Positions 1 to 6,786 of a stretch of 32,000 nt of DNA are shown here, piece after piece. Below the pieces are notes generated by a model. That model had not been told where the DNA came from. It saw only the letters and a program-made list of their open reading frames with translations, and did not search any database. Source of the DNA: Candidatus Nanopusillus sp. (lineage in GTDB: Archaea > Nanobdellota > Nanobdellia > Nanobdellales > Nanobdellaceae); the NCBI GenBank assembly GCA_036845085.1, contig DAIUEN010000001.1:3173-35172 (forward strand), in the 5' to 3' direction. Each line of letters begins with the position of its first letter. Positions within the stretch are counted from its first letter, which is position 1. The position numbers and the translations under genes were made by a program.

Positions 1-686
1 ACTGTAATTTCTTGTCTAGATATCCTTAAGTTCATATTAGGTTTGTCATTTCTTATCATATATACAGAAGCAACTAAGTTTGCTGCAGCATTGGCCCAAC
101 AATTTCCACATATCCCTTGATTTTGAACTGGTGGTAAATAATTTTTTCCATTTACATTACCCCAAAAAAATCTTTTTTGTCCATTGTATTCAAATAAACA
201 TCCTTCTTTATTCATTTGATTATTGTTATTATTTTCGTTATTATTTTCATTGTTACTTTCTTTTTCTTCTGTACTTTCGTTTCCAATTATATTAAATATG
301 TCTACTAGTGGTTGGGGTGTAGAAACGTTAATTATTATGTAAGGTGGATTTATATAAAAGTTTATTTCTTTTCCTTCTTTATTAATTAAGGAAACATTTT
401 CTGGCAATATAATTGAGAAATTTTTACCATAATACTCAAAAATTAGACTATTATTTTCTTTATATACTAATACACCTTCTGGAATATTTAATAATATAAT
501 ATAGTTGTACGGAAAGGAATACATTGCATATACCAAATCTTGTAAGTTGTTTAAATAATTTTGAAATAAAATATATTCTTGTTGTTTTTTTGTATTATAA
601 CTATATGAAAAATATATCATTAAAGCCAATCCAACAATTAATAATAATATACCAACGTTTAATATATTTAATTGAGATCTATTCAT
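1..686 (-). CDS. Partial CDS (3' end beyond window): N-terminal pilin-like/TM anchor, unknown domain, Asn/Glu-rich linker, then start of a papain-family (C1) cysteine peptidase domain
   Basis: Manual translation of the minus strand from ATG at 686..684, with no stop to position 1: MNRSQLNILNVGILLLIVGLALMIYF...SNNENNNENNNNNQMNKEGCLFEYNGQKRFFWGNVNGKNYLPPVQNQGICGNCWANAAANLVASVYMIRND. QGICGNCWA matches the C1 active-site signature Q-G-x-C-G-S-C-W-A (catalytic Cys codon 99..101). Absent from the ORF track because it is truncated. Lies 24 nt downstream of, and co-oriented with, the 711..1169 gene. Confidence 0.7.
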   Translation of the reverse strand, partial: MNRSQLNILNVGILLLIVGLALMIYFSYSYNTKKQQEYILFQNYLNNLQDLVYAMYSFPYNYIILLNIPEGVLVYKENNSLIFEYYGKNFSIILPENVSLINKEGKEINFYINPPYIIINVSTPQPLVDIFNIIGNESTEEKESNNENNNENNNNNQMNKEGCLFEYNGQKRFFWGNVNGKNYLPPVQNQGICGNCWANAAANLVASVYMIRNDKPNMNLRISRQEIT

Positions 687-710
687 AATGAAAATATAAT
701 TAAAAAGTTT

Positions 711-1169
711 TTAAGTCTTTATGGGTAATAACGTTATTGTCACCGTATCTGGTTTTGTTTTTTCAATCAATAGGTTTAGTATTTGATAATCTTTTCCATA
801 AAAAGCGTAATAATATGTTCCGTTTTTATAGTATTTTAATGTTTTATCTTCAGAGTTTATTTCTATTTTACAAGTAGACTTGTATGTATGATTTTTGTTA
901 TAATTTCCATAATTTATAGAACATATCAATTCATAGTCTCTAGATAAAACAAAATTCAAATATTTATATGCATAAAAGTCATAATATATTTTAGTTTCGT
1001 TAATAGAATAGCAAACTCTTTCTATATATTTATATAATATTTGACATTGATTTATTTGTTCATATAAATTCTTAGTTTGGGTATTTATATTTAGAAATTT
1101 ATAATATAGTCCTAAAGATATTGCAAATATGGCAATTCCAATACCTATCCAAAGCCATTTATCCATCAT
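711..1169 (-). CDS. Small membrane-anchored/secreted protein, possible minor pilin-like subunit
   Basis: 152-aa ORF. N-terminal hydrophobic helix MMDKWLWIGIGIAIFAISLGLYY, 4 Cys, N-x-S/T sequons (NET, NHT, NGT). ATGA overlap with the upstream gene at 1166-1169. No recognisable family. Confidence 0.55.
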   Translation of the reverse strand: MMDKWLWIGIGIAIFAISLGLYYKFLNINTQTKNLYEQINQCQILYKYIERVCYSINETKIYYDFYAYKYLNFVLSRDYELICSINYGNYNKNHTYKSTCKIEINSEDKTLKYYKNGTYYYAFYGKDYQILNLLIEKTKPDTVTITLLPIKT

Positions 1170-1573
1170 TGTAATTCTAATTCAATATATTGACCATTAT
1201 ATTTGATTATAACAAAACTTTCATCTTTTATTGTAAATGTACATCTTTTCATTACTACATCTGGATTATAGCTTTTTACAAGGTCTAACAATTCATCGCA
1301 GTTTATATCTTCTCCTTTATATTGTACAACATAACAAGTACCAATCTTTTTTTGATTATAGCATGAAATAATATTTAGGGCTAATGTATTTGGATTATCT
1401 ACATTTCTTTGTACATTTACATCGGCAGTATTATTTTTATTAAACATTGTGTCTATATAACTAGAAGCATTTGTTTTAAATTTTACTATTAAACCGATTA
1501 GCGTTGCTGTTACAATTAGTCCCATAATTATTAAAAAAGTATATTTTATAGGATCTTGACTTTTCATTGCCAT
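1166..1573 (-). CDS. Small pilin-like protein with putative class III signal peptide
   Basis: 135-aa ORF with N-terminus MAMKSQDPIKYTFLIIMGLIVTATLIGLIV (K-S then Q, followed by a ~20-aa hydrophobic helix) and 4 Cys. Starting at Met3 (1567) would give an ATGA overlap with the upstream stop, like the other junctions in this operon. Confidence 0.55.
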   Translation of the reverse strand: MAMKSQDPIKYTFLIIMGLIVTATLIGLIVKFKTNASSYIDTMFNKNNTADVNVQRNVDNPNTLALNIISCYNQKKIGTCYVVQYKGEDINCDELLDLVKSYNPDVVMKRCTFTIKDESFVIIKYNGQYIELELQ

Positions 1574-2049
1574 AATATTATTTTACTTTCATTGTATATT
1601 ATAAATATACTTCTCATTGGATAAAATTCATTGCTATTATTTGAGGAATAAAAGTCTAATCTATCAGGATTAAATTGAGAATACTTATTTACATATTCTT
1701 TTATTTCGTTAAAGTTTATTATTGTATCACTATTGCTTATATAAAAGTCATAACACAATGAAAATAATAAATCTGAACCGTAATATTTGTTATAGCAACT
1801 AACAATTAAACCAGTTATAATCTTTAGTATTTCATCTTTATTGGAGGAATTTATTTTTATTTTTTCTGTATTTGGATAATAATCTTTACATTCTGGAGAA
1901 AATGCTTTTTGGGTGGCTAGCTGACTACAATAATAGTTTTGAGATTTACTTAAGAATAAAGTATAAATCATATATATTAATGTTGCAATTGAAAATAATG
2001 CTATTATTAGTATAAATATTTGATCAATAGTTAAATCACTTCTTTTCAT
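1564..2049 (-). CDS. Small pilin-like protein with putative class III signal peptide
   Basis: 161-aa ORF with N-terminus MKRSDLTIDQIFILIIALFSIATLIYMIYTLF (KRS then D, followed by a hydrophobic helix). 4 Cys, sequons (NSS, NNS, NES). ATGA overlap at 2046-2049. Confidence 0.55.
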   Translation of the reverse strand: MKRSDLTIDQIFILIIALFSIATLIYMIYTLFLSKSQNYYCSQLATQKAFSPECKDYYPNTEKIKINSSNKDEILKIITGLIVSCYNKYYGSDLLFSLCYDFYISNSDTIINFNEIKEYVNKYSQFNPDRLDFYSSNNSNEFYPMRSIFIIYNESKIILWQ

Positions 2050-2330
2050 TTGTAAGTAATATTACCTTGATATATATAAATTATTCTGTATCCTTCTGGT
2101 ATTTCAATTCCATTTATAGTACAATTACCCCTAAGATAACCTTTTTTTTGAACGACTCTATAATAACTTTCATTATAATATCTATATATATCAATACAAG
2201 TTATAATAGATTCTTCTTTTTCTTCTGTTAAATTCTTAATTTTACTCAGATAATAGAAAGAAAATATAGCTCCTATTAATATTAATATAAAGGATAAAGT
2301 GATCCAGTAATAGTTATATTGATTTTTCAT
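2046..2330 (-). CDS. Small membrane-anchored protein, possible minor pilin-like subunit
   Basis: 94-aa ORF. N-terminal hydrophobic helix YWITLSFILILIGAIFSFYYL, 2 Cys, sequons (NLT, NES, NCT, NIT). ATGA overlap with the platform gene at 2327-2330. Confidence 0.5.
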   Translation of the reverse strand: MKNQYNYYWITLSFILILIGAIFSFYYLSKIKNLTEEKEESIITCIDIYRYYNESYYRVVQKKGYLRGNCTINGIEIPEGYRIIYIYQGNITYK

Positions 2331-4297
2331 ATTTGGAAAGACGTTGGTATATATGGGCCAAATATTGTATTTACGGCTATTAAACCAAGAGTGGAAAATA
2401 TTACATAGAATATTGTACCAACTATTAAGTTTCTTCCTATATAATAATATATCATTGTTTCATCGAATCCGTATTTAATACCTGCTGTGAAAAAAGAGGT
2501 TATTATTACAAATTCTATGAAAAATATACCAATTATTGCTTGGAAATATGATGGGGGAATTAAATTAGCTAAATTAAATGTTGAAATTATTAATTGAGAT
2601 AAATCTGCAGCCCCCGATAGACCAAAAGCTGCGCTAATGGTCTGGAAAAAATACGCTATTGCAAATAGCATAGATATTATTGCACTATTAAATATTGTTA
2701 CTAAAGAAGACATAAATGGTACTATACTTTTTGATACATTATCTAATAACCCTATAACTTCATCTAACATTCTTCTTACCTGAATTCTTATATCTACAAC
2801 TTGCTCTAAATTCTTAGATACGTTATAACATATTTGAGATAAAACTTTAGGTCCTTTATTTGTGGAATATATAATTAGCTGTAATGTTTCATAAATAATT
2901 TTGGAAGGATAATAATTAATAGATCCATAATTTTTGTCGAATATTGATTGTATTAGATTTAATCCTTTCCTTAAATTAAATATTGTGAGCTTTAAAAAAT
3001 TTTCTAATATTCCTGAAAGTTTTATAATCTTATAATTTTGATATGTTTTTTCTAATACTATTTCCATTGGATATCCATCTTCTAATAATGATGCAAACTC
3101 GTATACTATAACAGGGAATTCAAATTCCATTTCTTCTATTTCATTAGCTCTTTTAACCTTTTGGAAGGAATTTAAATAAAAATAAGATCCTATAGATAAT
3201 CCAATACCTAATGGTAGAGTTAGCATTATTAATGCATTTATTACAGATCTATCTTGAAAAATAAAGTTAAGATAAGTGGATAGAGCTCCTTCTGGAATAT
3301 AAAGTAATTTTATTGATATTTGTGCTAAATGATATATTGCAGGAATTGATAATGTAGCAAATAATATTATGAAAGGAAAGATTGATACTTCTTTATTTCC
3401 AATTTTAACTCTATTCTTTTTTGGTAAGTCTTTAGCTAATGAGAGATCTGGAGTTGAAAATGCGAATGGATTTTGAGATAATAAATTTTGTATAACTAAA
3501 AAAGTTAATATTGGTAAGATAATTATATATCCAAATGCTATAAAGTAAAAACTAACATTATTTAAAAGGAATACCGACATTATTGGTAGCATAAGTATAC
3601 TAACAATTGGCAAAACAATTAAAAAAGAAGTTATAGCAACAGCAGGCTGTTTTAGTTTTTCTACATATTCATACGATTTTTGGTAAGCTTTTTTTAGTAT
3701 CCAAGATAATAATCTATCTAATAGCGCATTTATTTCTTCCTCAGTTCTTCTATATTTTATATTTAATAAGTGAGACATTATATATACAAAATCTGGTGAT
3801 AAATAGAACCATCTTATTGCATAATATTCTAAAGCTTCTTCTAATATTCTAAATCTTTTGTTTTCTAAATCATATAATAATTTTTTAAAATCTGTTGCTA
3901 TGATACCTTTCATATAATATGCTACGTATTGTATTGCTTTTTCTAAATTTGGATTTCTCTTTAAATATAAAACTAAGTATAAAGTAACCCACACAGATTC
4001 TGAAGTTGCAGCAATTTTTACTATTTTTGTATAAAATATGGGAAAATATGCTAAATAAAAATCTATGATTAATAATGCAATTAGTAAAGAAAAAGCAAAT
4101 TGAAAAGAAATAAGTGATAATATAAAATATAATATAAAAGATAATATTAATAGAAATAAAACTGATGAAAAAATATTTGTAGAAGTAGTTTCTAGTTTAT
4201 TTAACCATAAATTAAAATTATAAATTTTTTTAAGTTTTCCGGGAGGGTCTATTTTAAATAAAGAAAAAGTATTATAAAAAAATTCAAAAAAATTCAT
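2327..4297 (-). CDS. Polytopic membrane platform protein of the type IV pilus/archaellum family (FlaJ/ArlJ/TadC-like, two T2SS-F domains)
   Basis: 656 aa with many TM segments and two soluble helical regions resembling T2SS-F domains: NLEKAIQYVAYYMKGIIATDFKKLLYDLENKRFRILEEALEYYAIRW...EKLKQPAVAITSFLIVLPIV and YPMEIVLEKTYQNYK...LRKGLNLIQSIF...KGPKVLSQICYNVSKNLEQVVDIRIQVRRMLDEV. Surrounded by pilin-like genes. Assignment is by pattern recognition, not a search. Confidence 0.65.
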   Translation of the reverse strand: MNFFEFFYNTFSLFKIDPPGKLKKIYNFNLWLNKLETTSTNIFSSVLFLLILSFILYFILSLISFQFAFSLLIALLIIDFYLAYFPIFYTKIVKIAATSESVWVTLYLVLYLKRNPNLEKAIQYVAYYMKGIIATDFKKLLYDLENKRFRILEEALEYYAIRWFYLSPDFVYIMSHLLNIKYRRTEEEINALLDRLLSWILKKAYQKSYEYVEKLKQPAVAITSFLIVLPIVSILMLPIMSVFLLNNVSFYFIAFGYIIILPILTFLVIQNLLSQNPFAFSTPDLSLAKDLPKKNRVKIGNKEVSIFPFIILFATLSIPAIYHLAQISIKLLYIPEGALSTYLNFIFQDRSVINALIMLTLPLGIGLSIGSYFYLNSFQKVKRANEIEEMEFEFPVIVYEFASLLEDGYPMEIVLEKTYQNYKIIKLSGILENFLKLTIFNLRKGLNLIQSIFDKNYGSINYYPSKIIYETLQLIIYSTNKGPKVLSQICYNVSKNLEQVVDIRIQVRRMLDEVIGLLDNVSKSIVPFMSSLVTIFNSAIISMLFAIAYFFQTISAAFGLSGAADLSQLIISTFNLANLIPPSYFQAIIGIFFIEFVIITSFFTAGIKYGFDETMIYYYIGRNLIVGTIFYVIFSTLGLIAVNTIFGPYIPTSFQI

Positions 4298-4306
4298 TAT
4301 CTAAAT

Positions 4307-5086
4307 TTACGAAGTTCTTTTTGCACCACCAGAATAAGAATTTAATATATGTTCTGGAATATGAGTTAATACATCACATAGAGGCAGAATATTTACATCC
4401 CCAGTAAATCCTAATTCTTTACATTCTCCACTTGCTTCTACATTTAGACTTCTTGTTTCGTCATCTATGACTATATTGAATTCTACTCCGTCACATTTTG
4501 TTGTACTATAATAGTTTAGTACGTTCTTAATTGCTTTAAATATTTGATTTTCTATCCAAGTAGGTATTCTACCACCACATGATCTTTGAGGTCCAGGATT
4601 TAATATTTTTGAAGGATTTGAGAATGAAATAGATATAGAATTTTCTCCAAATTCTATATTAGAATATTGACCAAATACTTCTTTTGTAGCTTTATCTGGA
4701 TCAAAATTTAAATCAAATATATAGTATTTACACATTATTTGCATACAGTAAACTGGAGTCAAAGAATATCCTTTATAAGAACAGGCTGTATCTCTTCCAT
4801 ATTGTTGCATTACAACAGAACATGGTACAGAATCTGCACAAACGTAATAACCACTTGTTAGCTCTGTAAATCCTCTTCCAATTGCTACATATCTTTGACA
4901 AAATTCTACTGGACTGTTACATACTTCAGAACATGTAGAAACAGCTTGTTGTATTTCTGTATTAGCTATAGTACCTACTTTTGAGGCTTGCTGTGAAAAC
5001 ATTCTTAATGCAATTACTACTATTACTAACATTACAATTATTATAAATACTAATTGTATAGCCATGTCTAATGCTCTTTTCCTCAT
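4307..5086 (-). CDS. Cys-rich type IV pilin-like protein (putative class III signal peptide), first gene of the operon
   Basis: 259 aa with N-terminus MRKRALDMAIQLVFIIIVMLVIVVIALRMF. The R-A then L junction followed by a ~22-aa hydrophobic helix fits the archaeal prepilin peptidase motif [KR][GA][LIFQ]. 12 Cys in the mature part. Confidence 0.6.
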   Translation of the reverse strand: MRKRALDMAIQLVFIIIVMLVIVVIALRMFSQQASKVGTIANTEIQQAVSTCSEVCNSPVEFCQRYVAIGRGFTELTSGYYVCADSVPCSVVMQQYGRDTACSYKGYSLTPVYCMQIMCKYYIFDLNFDPDKATKEVFGQYSNIEFGENSISISFSNPSKILNPGPQRSCGGRIPTWIENQIFKAIKNVLNYYSTTKCDGVEFNIVIDDETRSLNVEASGECKELGFTGDVNILPLCDVLTHIPEHILNSYSGGAKRTS

Positions 5087-5107
5087 AACAATACTAGAGG
5101 TTTCGAA

Positions 5108-5120
5108 TCTTATAAACTTT
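5108..5120 (-). promoter_or_regulatory. Candidate TATA box for the pilus-like operon
   Basis: The minus strand reads AAAGTTTATAAGA, with the TTTATAA core about 24-31 nt upstream of the ATG at 5086. This spacing fits a leaderless archaeal transcript. The background is AT-rich, so specificity is low. Confidence 0.3.
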
Positions 5121-5140
5121 ATATATTGTGAATTTATAAA

Positions 5141-5548
5141 TTAATATCTTATTATAAAAGAAAATTCTTTTTCTTCTCTTATTTTTTCAATTACTTTTCT
5201 TTCTATATCAATAGCTGATTTTTCTGAATTGATTGCTATAGTTCTACTATCTATGTAAGTGCTTTTTCTTATTACAATACTATTTTTATCTGAAAAAATT
5301 AAATTTTTATGGCCGTATGCGTAAAATTTGTCTATAATGTCGTCAACTTTTATTATTATTTCTATTTTGTTTCCATTTAGTAAATATTCTTTTAAATCAT
5401 TTGGTAAATCACTTGCAGAATGGGAGGCCTTTATTCCTATTATACAGTCTCCTCTTTTTGTTAAATAGTTGTCTTTAGTAATTTCTAAGGTAGATTTGTG
5501 TGTTGCTCTTATATTTTTATGTCCATAAACCTTAATTACGAATTCCAT
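5141..5548 (-). CDS. DUF371 family protein
   Basis: 135 aa. VYGHKNIRATHKSTLEITKDNYLTKRGDCIIGIKA matches the conserved GH-x-N-I-x-A-T-H-x-T-T-x-E-x-T...RGDCIIG pattern of archaeal DUF371 proteins. Overlaps the upstream ATP-grasp gene by 17 nt. Confidence 0.6.
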   Translation of the reverse strand: MEFVIKVYGHKNIRATHKSTLEITKDNYLTKRGDCIIGIKASHSASDLPNDLKEYLLNGNKIEIIIKVDDIIDKFYAYGHKNLIFSDKNSIVIRKSTYIDSRTIAINSEKSAIDIERKVIEKIREEKEFSFIIRY

Positions 5549-6401
5549 TTAAATATTTCAATATATCTCTCATTACATTTTTACCAACATATTTTTCAAA
5601 ACCTTCAAATTGAAATATGTGATGTATGTCTATTACATAATACTCATTATCTTTTATTAATATGTCGAAGGCAAATATTTGTAAATCAAGTTTTTCAGAG
5701 ATTTTATAACATATTTCTTTTAATTCTTCATTTAGTTCAAATGGTTTTCCATATCCGCCCTGGCTTATATTAGCTTTAAATGTTCCTTGATTTATTCTTT
5801 GCATACCCCCATATGGTTCCCCTATGAATATTATTCTTACATCTTTTTCATATGGTATATATTTCTGGAAAATTAAAAATGGAAGCTTTCTTATATTTTC
5901 TGGATTATTCATGAAGAAATCTTTTAATTCTTCTCTATTATTAATTAAATATACAAATTCTCCTCTATGTCTTAGAGAATGTTTTATTACTAATGGATAA
6001 CCAATATATTTTTCTATAAGATGTAAATTATTCATAGAATATATCTTGATAAATTTTGGTATATTTACAATTTTATTAACGCTATCATACATCAAAGTTT
6101 TATCTATTAGTCTGTACTTTTTATATATGCCATTTATTATGATTTTTCCATTTTCATCTAAATATTTCGCTAAAAAATTTGTATCATATTTTGTTGATGC
6201 GCCTACAAAAAAATAGTAGATATCATCTTTAAGTATATCTTCGTTAAAAGGATATGTTATTCTAGATTTTAATTCTATTATTTTTATATTTTTGAAGTTT
6301 GCTATTTCTTCCTTTAATCTTCTAATTCTATAATCTCCATCATAATAACTTCCAATTAAAATTGTAATATTTGCCATAATTTTTATAGAAAAATTAGTCA
6401 T
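5532..6401 (-). CDS. ATP-grasp ligase, RimK/LysX/MptN-like
   Basis: 289 aa. GYPLVIKHSLRHRGEFVYLINNREEL, DVRIIFIGEPYGGMQR, FKANISQGGYGKPFEL and FAFDILIKDNEYYVIDIHH follow the RimK-type ATP-grasp layout. The start may instead be Met9 (6377), which leaves room for the divergent promoters. Confidence 0.6.
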   Translation of the reverse strand: MTNFSIKIMANITILIGSYYDGDYRIRRLKEEIANFKNIKIIELKSRITYPFNEDILKDDIYYFFVGASTKYDTNFLAKYLDENGKIIINGIYKKYRLIDKTLMYDSVNKIVNIPKFIKIYSMNNLHLIEKYIGYPLVIKHSLRHRGEFVYLINNREELKDFFMNNPENIRKLPFLIFQKYIPYEKDVRIIFIGEPYGGMQRINQGTFKANISQGGYGKPFELNEELKEICYKISEKLDLQIFAFDILIKDNEYYVIDIHHIFQFEGFEKYVGKNVMRDILKYLNGIRN

Positions 6402-6427
6402 AAAAATTTTTTTAACTCAATAGTATA

Positions 6428-6754
6428 ATGGTATCTTCTAAGAAAAAATCTAAAAAAGATAAAGAAAAATACGAGAAAAAAGTTGTAAAACCTGTTAGAA
6501 AGCCAGAAGAAATTGATATTTCAGAACATTTCTTAGTTCCAAAACATATATTACTAAATGAAGAAGAAAAGAAAGAGTTATTGAATAAATTGGGTTTAAA
6601 TGAGAAAAACTATATGATGTATTTGCCAAAAATAAAGGCTAGCGATCCTGCAATAAAGAAACTAGGAGCAAAACCTGGAGATATAATAAAGATAATAAGA
6701 CCTTCCCAAATTTCTGGAGAAAGTATATATTATAGAGTTGTAAAAGAAGATTAG
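6428..6754 (+). CDS. rpoH: DNA-directed RNA polymerase subunit H (Rpo5)
   Basis: HFLVPKHILLNEEEKKELLNKLGL...LPKIKASDPAIKKLGAKPGDIIKIIRPSQISGESIYYRVV is the canonical RpoH core. Preceded by a ~30-aa Lys-rich N-terminal extension. Positioned upstream of rpoB. Confidence 0.9.
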   Translation: MVSSKKKSKKDKEKYEKKVVKPVRKPEEIDISEHFLVPKHILLNEEEKKELLNKLGLNEKNYMMYLPKIKASDPAIKKLGAKPGDIIKIIRPSQISGESIYYRVVKED

Positions 6755-6786
6755 TCTTATAAATATATTTAGTAAATATCTCTAAA

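Noticed and set aside
80-295. 71-aa plus-strand ORF from the track
   Set aside because: Low-complexity, Phe/Tyr/Leu-rich translation lying antisense to the well-supported minus-strand C1-peptidase frame. This is typical of a spurious antisense ORF in AT-rich DNA.
5498-5773. 91-aa plus-strand ORF
   Set aside because: Antisense to the DUF371/ATP-grasp junction, with no motifs and a hydrophobic junk-like composition.
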